This document shows positions 35,401 to 41,521 of a stretch of DNA of 64,000 nucleotides, in pieces. Origin of the DNA: a virus. Location: the IMG/VR virus record IMGVR_UViG_3300042291_001568, positions 32,001 to 96,000 of that record; one strand, written 5' to 3'. The notes beneath the pieces are model-generated. The model was not told the DNA's origin, did not search any database, and saw only the letters and a program-made list of their open reading frames with translations. Both the position numbers and the translations under genes were made by a program. Position 1 is the first letter of the stretch, and each line of letters begins with the position of its first letter.

Positions 35401-35992
35401 AGATGCACCAGACTGGACTAGCAAGCAGTACGTACCTCTTGGAGTTCAAAAATACCCGAAAGAAACACAGCAAATAGCAGCTATTGAAAGTATCAAAAAA
35501 GGATTAGCTGATAAAACGATATCTAAAAGTTCTGCTATAGCAAAACTAATTGAACTTGCAGGAATGCCGATAACGCTTGCTTCACGAGCTGCTGTAGTTA
35601 CAGCGTTGGATGGAATGAAAGACGTAACAGACCCTATGACGTCTGCTGGTCAGCAATTAGAAAACATTCCAGCAAATCTATCGTCATTCATCGAGCGCAT
35701 GGAAACTAATAACTACATCGCGTCTCCAGCAATTCTTGAAATGACTTCTGGAGAAGACATAGGATCAACTAGAGTAGTGTATTCTATAAGAAAAGAAGCA
35801 ATAAGCAACGGGCAAGGCGGAAAGCAAATAGCAGTCATGGCAATGACAGCACTAGGCGGAATGTACTTTCCATTAGATCTAAAAACGGGACTAATTTTTG
35901 ACACTGAAAAAAGTATTGGTATATTCTCAAGCCGTGGTATAGAGTATAAGATAAGAGGATTGAGCCCTTCCGAACAGCACAAGTTGCTGTGA
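20441..35992 (+). CDS. giant polyvalent protein (5183 aa): 3 WYL-like, KTSC, 2 ADP-ribosyltransferase, kinase-like, DEDDh exonuclease, UvrD-like helicase, 2 NUDIX
   Basis: One 15.5-kb ORF. Motifs: FDYETTG/HNAPFD/HTADAD; AAAGAGKT/DEAQD/VGDENQAIY/SYRF/HQAKG/AYVGVTRA; FRG/YSSTS/EKE; PGG..DGEES..DTADREMAEEVG. Confidence 0.9.
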   Translation: MSNLHNGSKLRKKDVHSIREAILSMVQEANLRTLPERRVSDKAAITVANRDLEKTKNASVAKREFSALRAVGSFISLATINKVTEASLQNSDLLAIGHPFSTKAHSMTAASLRNERAKWIAADEYIDSSIRSLVIKAHGYEENSMERAHAFARLAAMGPGFVPITASIDLNTATSAYTEFVFGLGLGGNSDMARRLRAKMQRRDRLGRFAFMGGGFSFSFRSKDGRFSKVSGRVVGASGDQDSIDIEVKNHPRLADGIYAMPSSRGTAVRAILDDEIIKDLPQADIDIAADDVFVDEASLTRMMAPTGWTTEESSTQGGKAVSWVHKSEDGYEVYDSPGDPFGRFQLRREKGNGARQPFPKVKSWADVQKQAISDQDLYKDYLEKEQINQDKNKAFDEAAKSGEGPPSKALPGRAWVKHENGQWYERELGRNYDVADEELQKIAKEATGPYLPPKDNDFGKKYKTSTGKWKEWDEGSDESWQYKQDYQKRLNGEYSKLKRLQEAQKAGLFDPKSDIATVRDINGDSSVGEQLRSAITDTAAVRFNYDGKYDVQFTPKSSYVNKKTGKTNFVGLDTKGVQRTYAADKIAPPKSAAKTEVKATIPDAPEAPPVDTTPDVVDLKAAIEGMKLGETKEYVAGLAAKKQKVRFNYSGSERVVEPIEVWVNGQTGRINLRAIDKDVKKNFSFDKIEAPKPSERDIARDQRNADRVDENINNPDNWELKPVGYPATRSEWNYIGPRPRSEDSVGPYISPPQSVLDKYAKDLFGPKDGGPNVDETDTSTDFPMSPEERAAAKARPSERVTNLDGLKGDELTAAIDKAIADKKPLKFTYHEKERLVRPLEVWTNPKTGKVNLRAVEADADTDKNFTLEKIGKPVDEKIKQIDADDIINMPQEQLDDVVDALWPAAAPSQQVAPEATGRRIVDASSSTAVERVEYDPATKELFIQFKSSKDGKGGGVYKYSDVAPEFVDRLESGSIGKMIPELKKNNSSEKLDEFPAGGSGGPGEPPAGGPVVPGNTGDDAVDKLRQAQALIAEMEDSGAFDAAKVDDAIKLVNSASSDFDSFVKSKDAVNQGNAEGQIKNLLEELDDLKSREDVDLAPNFDDYILDVELDVIRFGESDDDGPGEPPTGGPSAGTPGDDAVDKLRQAQALIADLEDSGKYDAKKANAAIKLVEEASKDFDSFLMSKDAVNQGDAEGQIKNLLEELKDLRNRKDVDLAPNFDDYLLDVEADIIRFSELDDDGTGGPGAPSEPPAGGPVNPDKYETEYGFDYPKKVTDENGNQVSRVIVDVVTEDMSLEEIERDFKKKFPGGAMKVIRQRGTNGWPEVQYDVRPGDEDKLGKWYSGDLEPYDYAGDADALDDADTRNLPTAQDYMDDPAVAEDADAGSFFDEPMFDSLFDTPDGAYKLNVFEAYRPVGRTTEDSEDFTDDPDVLATKFDVTELGRALAQAVLPLTNDQATGYGNLPFESGDEPVKAEALYEALGAARMTPNLVLAGLYDSMLDPERGLTNVERITDVSRNDSSLDNGIDDPFTAEILPVADRSAEIDAAIALNEKIGSYRYASNGVQKMRDHSENNPKMLDIAKDLTQREDDDVQFDTINLIDLLDKYLPWASSSDADERDAFRGLWGMMMSLDGGSSIESDSRFEGFRREILSSFERRSGNPTLAQDDYDEFVLQYGGFPEFVAGKKAIADGQDDLSAETSAAAFFRLVKASSRPNTAPLWRSIGVAEGSSEFQKYTVPGSRFDMDPRSFTAQSLETGTFGDIAYSPTDKKIERVIFKLDPGDGDTISAESVSWFPDERENIAFGSFEVIEVTRQPSQLGKTRNDDYVVRIRKVDSGNQTDEQSALPAPGQFSEATQHGDISGWTQVGNQAGSNPGGFYDDPAGNSYYIKQARSQSHADNEALASAFYKELGVPAAEVGFGEKDGVLHLVTPLIDGATPNFEEKVYGGDNEYVKKVQDNFAVDAWLANYDIVGMVYDNVVSDANGEPVRVDPGGALMWRAQGKPKPWFGDTVDELDSMRDPDVNEQAANVFGTMSDDQIKASAQKVANLTPERIEEIIDSVVTSPDDAALLKERLLNRRQYIMDRFGFEEPTDVLGEPQSIASEMGIASKDLQAGDVTVGDSFVIERIFTDADTKKGKVSVQGYFPGHESQVKQWNENTVIMATRGGQLPAKGDAPALHRPVAPAKPQPAAFTGSIADELSGAQSWDEVRSILRGKTIVFFDYETTGFPDKKTGDKSSNQPAQLGAVKVVDGQIVDRFNLFMNPEEPLGGWSRDNLKGADGTPLTDEQLATALDKGEAHRQFIEWAGQDVILAAHNAPFDLGVMNETLGKKGLEYAPTGGVIDTLKLAQTVIASKKAAAHHVNKDQIKTGDPSGPDTHRLGDLASHFGVELGDGWHTADADSEATSNVLNSLIDYAAGADGGDTSLRSVLDAGDSYQSNMAEFEARSAQFKDELANYEIQKAIAAAWNCRGGTVASIAALIAAIDDPDCNVPSIDDLIKAATPGGTDFVDPEGLHTGDSSTGDAYTLEAEEIPEMDGVEPPFIPGIEDPDDEFRPSDQQQAVVEALFTGGDIVIRAAAGAGKTSTLKILARRLQKHKPKERVAYIAFNATVAAEARESMPSNVEVRTADSISVNWTKLNFPKLHKKKGAKDTLYSPSDIATHLKVPAMTGMDNKGKPAKLPVSESVKELRKAIYQFTISADKEIGPQHFDSDAVEASDIPKLVEAAERWWADILSENGKMLFSFPHMKKMWALSNPDLSDDSGGLKTPASVIFMDEAQDINPVLGRVIAAQTAQKVYVGDENQAIYQFMGAEDELQKVTVQHDLPLTKSYRFGEVIARNANRYLRFKERFLGEKKTFAVEGAGKFPGEIVAAGSMKNAQAVLVRSNAGAFREVRTELLNDRIVGVTKGFKADLDNFIIAVDWLQAPEATRGSRPMRVPEELRGYKNWAEIVDEAAKEGDSDFSRKTRILVDDVEQLGLEELKSLASRVKVLKGKVNTKVVDDGSLPDLPDDLSPGVEGDVGRDITFSVEEDAIVLRGSTYGVKDQIKTANGGPAKYDGDRKAWIIPAKTDKARQAGLEKLQKVLAPETVAEASYVDVVVSSVHQAKGAEWDEVRMGNDFFGPRKPKKSDGGEDADWIMPTPVELNLAYVGVTRAKKTLDPGSLNWIDSWVKSDDPEIMGLVDGVVVAPEAPEAPEAPTAASEDDSSAPTTSPDVDDEVAETAETIESVGEAVEGTNDPFGPGGEAPSAEQQAKDLEDSFNELSDYADSLTDPEGENNLKTGAKNKVKKAQKDLKQLQKDLEDGSITQAEATTKLQQMIAEFPDSDSNTEEALDMWTYRQTMIDLESVLTGERYMRPTGKGLPPRDAVDSKGRPVGFSKNGKFIRLGTRVRDKWGFSGTVDSYNENDWINVNVRYDIDPRDPAKVKKGKWGPGVARVSKNSRTLTVIEPGDREPWIDNGSVPENKKPKQIEEQTRIHLDMLEKRGETAWDGSEKDRQEPGGDLPKAEAPQGATEAPEESKASKAEFIKNSDFVDVLAEYYTTAKQAFNKGTLTKKDWDRVQSYFGSDSIAVNNFLRSGKRLWLTNDKDTIENVIKSIDDIFDVAGVELPGNVIVFRGIYDADKLFPDGVKPGDVFDDLGYSSTSIKSDVARTFTNTDETATVLAITVPSGTKMLANNTAIQAGQQKKEKEILLPRGLTFKVTSVTERTKPNKAYSFLPETYREIAVEIVSTPNAKAPKAEEIPAPPPWNPDVDAPEETAPTVANAKPSVELAAAADDARVSLDAYFDESFDKDDVEQATNSFSLKKTSHGQAADAVVYRKGADGFEVLMISREYGPFRGAMALPGGFRDGEESFADTADREMAEEVGIVAADAIKRTDLGTVLDSPDWDPRFVKGMSVGAVAYEVDGDKVEVTAGDDATGAVWIPVLDLANGKYPIAFGHATWLAEAFRDNRKYNRKFEIIKQASKERNTRLIEKINAVRSDLNEPVFEQYGPKAPDWVPEGPGRWRGAALTVDSDGVTIANGTVFDDVEKLKNGSLKPPVLPFFAPMGSEDAKDGDGYYFAKSGKRYWGRWGAEGVLLRKQGAGGEVQYLLGKRADWISSGGGKWAYPGGAHGTQFNAERGGTTGRAEILEELGVELSHPLVKGRETTALTYENPIEPDWTYRTVIIDASDDNVKQVQISDNETSEVGWFTADQIKEMNSQGMLHPSLNNNIEEILKLSEKTPVEKPVRDWSGLDIEKMETLPSGLASKKGISTLDEYFEAEEAFYSLIALDREFDAGQLAAMITQSLESSNAKKSMLDRWEKDHSMSASLEDQLTDYIDSSDKIGNSPIARWFETVDSDAIDQRQLQIEAGYEKYSGLGKIIERTGRPRVIPDVEQDFTKSNFAEIPSLMAAAQAVVNKKRASGSQEVAISAMVDSGDIEDLEVRASTVVDENGERKLRLRYTLTSWAGVAFGNRVAKDPDYRRDVVKMPSSFLNSNKDIVLDSGTAVWQFDEGVSYVWDSEDLGTVEDQKRPFTITFVQASDDPNQEELYLSTSARAPNALHNQVVIDLPLDATNAEITDALGLGGVRDPRPTTQKDLEIAVENRFLSLFGKMTDATQNAESQGKRQRMLDTIKADWGVSPSDVTVSVSSTGHIEYRIPEDVAIEIEKSTGVKYMNHSIFTSAYIKDYEKQNEKKPGYIDYHSMTPRQKADVIAEGLMKLIEAGGLMSTVSRYQEGRQFFGMSSNEDMGTGGADYVFLTPADDFVGSIGTPFREEDAAIAFNARNLLQRIDIYANRDDKYGERRESQDIISNIGVYTHEFMTKHGASLDDAKHMSVSRLVRESLLKKLAQKNISKIGGRDVEEVIVETGSKRTQDIIQSNSAGKDNILLFNNYLESIDAEPVNFNEYVATIEAASTSLEGPSSSYNKKTITYYPAPEGSVVLATRHATSPNMLLKDGDMLIVRHPDGTLWQYPAISTGDYSWGSEPNVMTDSGLAATITELRLPVPDAPDWTSKQYVPLGVQKYPKETQQIAAIESIKKGLADKTISKSSAIAKLIELAGMPITLASRAAVVTALDGMKDVTDPMTSAGQQLENIPANLSSFIERMETNNYIASPAILEMTSGEDIGSTRVVYSIRKEAISNGQGGKQIAVMAMTALGGMYFPLDLKTGLIFDTEKSIGIFSSRGIEYKIRGLSPSEQHKLL

Positions 35993-36023
35993 GTAAGACC
36001 AACGACAGACGAGGCACTATAGT

Positions 36024-36743
36024 ATGGTAGAGCAAAATAGTAAGCAAAAAACCAAGTGGCCTGAAGCGCTAAAAGAAGGCGACGTTTTGTACGCTATCAT
36101 GGGAGATGACGCTGTCGTCGAGTACCTAGTCTTTTCAAGCGTTGATAAGAAAATGACATACATTCGCGATAACGGAAATTGGACGCGAATTAGAGAAACT
36201 TTTTTTGAAGAAGTTGACGACCCTAGCTTAGTAAATGAGCCAGTTGATATTTCATTTATAGAAGAATTTGACAAAAAAGAAGCAAACGGCGAGCAAGCCG
36301 TGTTGTACGAAAAAGAAAACGCTGTCACTGCTGCGGCGCCAGACGCTTGCCCACCAGCGACACAGGATATTGGAATAAATCTAAAAAATCGCAAAAGAGC
36401 GATCAATAGAGCGGGGTACGGGCCATTAAATCCTGAAGAGCCAAATGAAGCTTTCTGGCAAAACAAAGCGTCGCTTTGGTCAATTAAGCCAGAAGAAGCT
36501 AAGACAAGTCTATGCGGTAACTGTGTAATGTTCACAGTTACTACTAAAATGAAAGAATGCATCGCTACAGGTATTTCACAGGGTGGATCTAGTTCTTCCG
36601 ACGCCTGGGACGCTATTGATGCTGCACAGCTTGGATATTGCGAAGCGTTTGACTTCAAATGCGCCGCCACGAGAACTTGTGATGCTTGGGTAACTGGCGG
36701 ACCAATTGATGATGCGAAAGGTACAAATAACAGCAATGATTAA
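36024..36743 (+). CDS. head-module protein with C-terminal Cys-rich domain
   Basis: CPPATQD...N.KNR...YGP.NP...CGNC..F...C...GYCE.FDFKCAATRTCDAW. Confidence 0.75.
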   Translation: MVEQNSKQKTKWPEALKEGDVLYAIMGDDAVVEYLVFSSVDKKMTYIRDNGNWTRIRETFFEEVDDPSLVNEPVDISFIEEFDKKEANGEQAVLYEKENAVTAAAPDACPPATQDIGINLKNRKRAINRAGYGPLNPEEPNEAFWQNKASLWSIKPEEAKTSLCGNCVMFTVTTKMKECIATGISQGGSSSSDAWDAIDAAQLGYCEAFDFKCAATRTCDAWVTGGPIDDAKGTNNSND

Positions 36744-39700
36744 CCTTTTTGGAACTTCTGGGAATTACTTACTATTTACTGATGGAAGTAGTGGAGTAAT
36801 CATCGACACCGCTACAAATACAGTCGATGCGACAGGATCTATTGAAAGTCTGTCATACGCTATGCCCTGGGCAAAAGAAGACATCTCAGCAGACAGCGTG
36901 GCACACGAATTAGCTCATGGCGCTCTTGCCGATCTACGAGTTCAGTCTCTTACTGCTTCAGCGCGATTGTACACAATACCTAAAGCTGCACAAGAAGAAG
37001 CAAAGCGCGGTCTTGCATGGAGAAAAGAGCACAAACGTGGCGGAACACCTGTCGGTGTAAACAGCGCGAGGACTCTTGCTGCAGGCGGACAAATCGGACT
37101 TGAGAAAGTAAGGCATATTGCAAAGTACTTTCCTCGTCACGAAGTTGACAAGAAAGGCGCAGGATACCGAGTAGACGAAAAAGGCTATCCTTCAGCAGGA
37201 AGAATTGCCTGGGCGCTTTGGGGTGGAGACGCTGCATGGCGCTGGGCTCAAGCGATCGTAGAACGTGAAAATAAAAATGCAGTTACGTCAGCAGGATACA
37301 TAAACGTATCAACAGAGACAGATTTGTACGCGCTTTCAATGTCGTACGATGCTGACCTCGCTGCGTTTAAGCAAGCAAGTCTTGCCAATGAGGGAGGACC
37401 AACGTTTGCGGTTCGTGTATCACGAGCAGACGACACTATTGACAGACTGTATTTAGTCAGTGAAGAAGGAGATGTTTCTGTCTGGGACTCAAAAGGTTGG
37501 GACAACCTAGGCCAGACTGATAACGACATTTTTTCCTGTGATAGGACACTAGATGAGCCAGAGTACTCTGATGCTTCGGCAGAGCACTATCTAATTGATC
37601 ACCAATCTGCATTGTCTATTTCAGCACAACTGCAGCAGAATCCTTTTACAAAAATATCTGTGGCAAGTCTTGACCCAGAAGAATATGAAGTATACGCGTC
37701 AGGCAAAGAAGAAGTAGACTGGGATTTCATTGACGCGATTACAGCTGCCGGTGAAGAATCAATTGGCGGAACTACCGCTGGGCCAGACGATGGGTACACA
37801 CCAGAGGAACGTTCAGCAAAAGCACGAAAGCAAGTCCGCGATAAAGGCGGCAAGTTTTCTAAAATGGGTGGCCGCGTTGTTGTCAACGGCGACTCAACAA
37901 CTCGTGGAGCTATCACTGGCATCGACGGTGCGAGCGGGAACGTTGTAGTAAAGCTAGACTCGGGCGTTTCGGTGCAAGTGCCTGCTACTCAGACTCAAGA
38001 TGAATCTTCATTTGAAAACCCAGACGTTCAACAGGGTGGACCATCTACTGGCGCACCGTTAGACACTTCAGGAATTCTTGGTCAGCCTAGGACGCCAATT
38101 GATAGGCCTAACGCAAAGATACCGGGAACTTTGCCAGCGTTGACTCCAAATGATCTTCAAAGTATTTTGTATAACTTCCCAGCGTGGGTAAAGCAACAGC
38201 GTGATGCCGCAGGCAGCGACACTTCAGCAGAAACTGGGCGACCTGTTGCAAAAACTAAAGATGATTACGCTAAAGAAAGAGAAGATTACTACAAAAAGCG
38301 AGAAAAAGAAACTGGCACTAAGTACGAGTTCCGTGAAGCCGACTTACGTGATCATCCGCTTACAAAAAAACTTTTTGCTGGGTCAAACAAGAAAAACAAT
38401 TTGTACTACAACCCAATTAGAGGGTCAGCACCGGCAGACGCAGTAGCGAAGCCTGAGCCTCAAGGTATTGGTGAGCCACTAACGCCAGAGACCAGCGATG
38501 TTCAGCCGTTGTACATGGCAATCGTATCGCCAGAAGATCCTTCAGCGGTTTTTGATCTTATTTGCCTTATTCCAGCGAATAGCAAATCAGTAGTGCCAAC
38601 AATTTTCAAGCGTGCTGACAGCAAATGGGTTCAAGACGACAAGATACTAGCGGACCTTACCTCAGCAACTCCTCCTCCAGTCGTGCCGCTAAGTGGAGAT
38701 GCTCTTGACAGCACGTTGCAACAGCTCGATGGGATAGTTGCGTCGGCGTTGCTCGCAGAAGGTGGACTAGATAGGAACAGAGGAAACGCAGAGAAGCTAC
38801 GTCATTATTGGCTATACGGTCGTGGCGCTATAAAGATTCGTTGGAATACTCCTGGAGACTGGACTCGTTGCTATCGTCACTTAATGAAATACATGGGTCC
38901 TCGTGCTAAAGGCTATTGCGCATTGCGCCATAAAGAAGCAACAGGCTTTTGGCCAGGCAGCAAATACAACATCGGTAAAAAGAACATCCGTGGCAGTGCT
39001 GCGCTAGAAGCTACGTTACTTAGTGAAGATGTCATCCTCGAGAAACTATTCCTACAAGCCACGGCCCAAAGCGCTCGAAACCGGGTTATCTTAGCTGCCG
39101 GTGCGTATGAAATCAATAGCAACACTGTGCAACCAGCGTCAACAGGCGCTAAGTTTTCAATACCTCTTGTAATACCAGAAGGTGTTGAAACTGGCGATGG
39201 CCGTATATTTAATGATAAAGCTATTACAATCAGAGAACTTCCACTGCCGCTTTTGTGGCAAATAGAAACAGCAGACGGTCATAACGGATCAGTAGTTGTC
39301 GGCAGGATTGACCACATGGAACGAATTGATGGCGGAATTGGCCTAGGAACTGGTGTGTTTGACACGAGCCCTCACGGTAAAGAAGCCGAAAGAATGGTTC
39401 GTGAAGGATTTATCCGTGGAGTTTCAGCCGATCTTGACAAGTTTGAAGCTGAAGAAGAAGAAGAAGAAAAAGAAGAAAAAATAGCCGATATTGAACTTGC
39501 AAAAACAAAAAAGAAAGCAAAGAAAATTGGCGGAGACAAAATCAACATAACTCAAGCAAGAGTAATGGCGGTTACCATAGTACCTAAGCCCGCGTTTGAA
39601 GAGTGCGCAATATATATTGTCAACTCAGAAGAATACGGCAATAACCAGGAGGAAATAATGGAAGCACTTCCAGACGGAATTTACATCGATGATGACATTG

Positions 39701-41385
39701 ATCCAATCGATGCGCAGTCACTCGTAGCTTGTGGCATTTTAGCCGGGGCAATTCCAACTGTCCCACCAGCAGATTGGTTTGAAAACCCAAAGCTTAAAGG
39801 ACCAACGCCGCTTAGTGTAGACGATCTCGGCCGTGTGTTTGGCCACATCGCATCTTGGCAAACTGATCATATTGGGATGTCTCGCGGAACACGAGCACCA
39901 AAGAGCCGTAGTGGATACGCTTACTTCCACACTGGCGTGATTAGGGCAGATGACGGCAAAGACTACCCAGTCGGCCAGCTCACACTCGCAGGTGGACATG
40001 CTTCTCTGGAAGCAAGTGCAGTTGACGCGGCTCGCCACTACGACGACACCGGTTCTGCTATTGCTGATGTTCACGCTGGTGAAGATCAGTTCGGTATTTG
40101 GGTTGCTGGCGGTTTGCGCCCAGGCGCATCTCCTGAGCAAATCCGAGCACTCCGTGCATCGGCACCGTCAGGCGACTGGCGACCAATCGGAGGCCAACTC
40201 GAGCTTGTTGCTGTTTGCCAAGTAAACGTTCCCGGTTTCCCAATTGCACGAGCTCGAGTAGCCTCTGGCCAAGTGTACGCACTTGTCGCAGCCGGTGCTG
40301 CTGTTCTTGCAAAGATGAAAAACGATCCGCTTACTGAGCTCTCACAACGCATTGAGACTTTAGAAAGCAAAGAGCGTTTGTCTCTTAATGCAGAAGTTGA
40401 CGCTCTTCGTTCGCGAATGGCTGATGCAAAAGTAGCTAAGCATGCGCAGCTAACTGCTAAGGCCAAAGAACTTGCCAATCGGATATACGCAGATGAGGTA
40501 ACCGAAGAAGAGCTGGAGACACTCGGATACATTTCACGAGAAAAGCGCCAGAAGCTTGCCGCAGAAAAGAAAGCTCTTCCAGACGGCTCGTACCCAATTG
40601 ACAACGTTGATGATCTAAAGAATGCAATACAAGCGTATGGACGTTCTAAGCCAAACAAACGCTCAGCAGTTCGTAGGCACATCGTGCGTAGAGCACGTGG
40701 ACTTGACAAAGCAGACTTGATCCCAGATAAGTGGAAAGAAGCCTCAGTACTTCAGGAAGATGCCGCAGAGATTAGAGCACGAGTTGCCTCTGCCAAGGAG
40801 GGGCTTTTAGCGACCATGGCCGTAACTAGTGAAAATGCAGAAAAAACCACAAACGTAGAAGCAGTTTTTTCGCAGAAGTATGTCTCTGGAGTTAACCAAC
40901 CAAGAGACTCAAAAGGCATGTTCCGTACGGTACTTGCTCGATTAAAGGACGACCTTGGCGCCTCTGGGCTTCAAGACGTAGTAGAAAAAGTAGAGAGTGC
41001 AGAAGGCCTAGATGATGCTGGAAACTACGACGCAGCTATTGCTGCTGCGCAAGACCTTTTAGGCGTAATTGACAGGCTTGACTCGGGCGCACTTGACGCT
41101 ACAGCGCTAGAAAGCGTTAGATCTACGGCCCGTTCCCTAGGTCAAGTGATTTCTAATCTTCCACTTGCATTTGGTGCAGACGCTCAAAAGGTCAGGTACA
41201 GCGATCTTCCCCCAGTTCTTAGAAACTTGATTGACGAAATGGTCAAAAGAGTTGAAAAGAAAATTGGGCAAAAAGATGCTGATGAAGTAACTAAGAAGCT
41301 AAAGAACTACCAGTCTGGCGGAGACATGTATTCACAGAGTGAGGTCTCTTCTGAGATGAGTACTCTATTAAGACTTTTAACATAA
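36736..41385 (+). CDS. multidomain capsid maturation protease fusion (about 1549 aa)
   Basis: PEGVETGDGRIF...LPLPLLWQ...GHNGSVVVGRID...GVSADLD; second domain WFENPKL.GPTP...GRVFGHIA.W...SGDWR; KALPDGSYPI (DUF6582-like); immediately upstream of the capsid gene. Confidence 0.8.
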   Translation: MINLFGTSGNYLLFTDGSSGVIIDTATNTVDATGSIESLSYAMPWAKEDISADSVAHELAHGALADLRVQSLTASARLYTIPKAAQEEAKRGLAWRKEHKRGGTPVGVNSARTLAAGGQIGLEKVRHIAKYFPRHEVDKKGAGYRVDEKGYPSAGRIAWALWGGDAAWRWAQAIVERENKNAVTSAGYINVSTETDLYALSMSYDADLAAFKQASLANEGGPTFAVRVSRADDTIDRLYLVSEEGDVSVWDSKGWDNLGQTDNDIFSCDRTLDEPEYSDASAEHYLIDHQSALSISAQLQQNPFTKISVASLDPEEYEVYASGKEEVDWDFIDAITAAGEESIGGTTAGPDDGYTPEERSAKARKQVRDKGGKFSKMGGRVVVNGDSTTRGAITGIDGASGNVVVKLDSGVSVQVPATQTQDESSFENPDVQQGGPSTGAPLDTSGILGQPRTPIDRPNAKIPGTLPALTPNDLQSILYNFPAWVKQQRDAAGSDTSAETGRPVAKTKDDYAKEREDYYKKREKETGTKYEFREADLRDHPLTKKLFAGSNKKNNLYYNPIRGSAPADAVAKPEPQGIGEPLTPETSDVQPLYMAIVSPEDPSAVFDLICLIPANSKSVVPTIFKRADSKWVQDDKILADLTSATPPPVVPLSGDALDSTLQQLDGIVASALLAEGGLDRNRGNAEKLRHYWLYGRGAIKIRWNTPGDWTRCYRHLMKYMGPRAKGYCALRHKEATGFWPGSKYNIGKKNIRGSAALEATLLSEDVILEKLFLQATAQSARNRVILAAGAYEINSNTVQPASTGAKFSIPLVIPEGVETGDGRIFNDKAITIRELPLPLLWQIETADGHNGSVVVGRIDHMERIDGGIGLGTGVFDTSPHGKEAERMVREGFIRGVSADLDKFEAEEEEEEKEEKIADIELAKTKKKAKKIGGDKINITQARVMAVTIVPKPAFEECAIYIVNSEEYGNNQEEIMEALPDGIYIDDDIDPIDAQSLVACGILAGAIPTVPPADWFENPKLKGPTPLSVDDLGRVFGHIASWQTDHIGMSRGTRAPKSRSGYAYFHTGVIRADDGKDYPVGQLTLAGGHASLEASAVDAARHYDDTGSAIADVHAGEDQFGIWVAGGLRPGASPEQIRALRASAPSGDWRPIGGQLELVAVCQVNVPGFPIARARVASGQVYALVAAGAAVLAKMKNDPLTELSQRIETLESKERLSLNAEVDALRSRMADAKVAKHAQLTAKAKELANRIYADEVTEEELETLGYISREKRQKLAAEKKALPDGSYPIDNVDDLKNAIQAYGRSKPNKRSAVRRHIVRRARGLDKADLIPDKWKEASVLQEDAAEIRARVASAKEGLLATMAVTSENAEKTTNVEAVFSQKYVSGVNQPRDSKGMFRTVLARLKDDLGASGLQDVVEKVESAEGLDDAGNYDAAIAAAQDLLGVIDRLDSGALDATALESVRSTARSLGQVISNLPLAFGADAQKVRYSDLPPVLRNLIDEMVKRVEKKIGQKDADEVTKKLKNYQSGGDMYSQSEVSSEMSTLLRLLT

Positions 41386-41404
41386 CTATACAGTTAGTTA
41401 TGTT

Positions 41405-41521
41405 ACTATAAAACATAGGTGAGTGCCTCTAACGCTTCGGCGAGTATGAGTCCCTCTCCTTGGACAGAAACCCGAGACGTTCCGATAAGCGGAATGTCAT
41501 GACTGGCCCGAAGGAGGGACA
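41405..41521 (+). promoter_or_regulatory. structured 5' leader of the major capsid gene that can sequester the SD
   Basis: GTCCCTCTCCTT (41450-41461) is complementary to AAGGAGGGAC (41511-41520) apart from a 2-nt bulge; inner hairpin 41476-41498; CGC-TTCG-GCG tetraloop hairpin. Confidence 0.55.

Noticed and set aside
20468-35982. Many minus-strand and alternate-frame ORFs inside the giant ORF and other structural genes (e.g. 41497-42447, 49644-50633, 53333-54157)
   Set aside because: They are antisense shadows of long codon-biased genes, Ser-rich, with no recognisable motifs or starts.
20441-35992. Giant protein as a virion RNA polymerase (N4 or crAss type) or an intein-containing protein
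   Set aside because: I saw no DFDGD/DxDGD or T7-like polymerase motifs and no HINT or LAGLIDADG motifs; a profile search is needed to exclude them fully.
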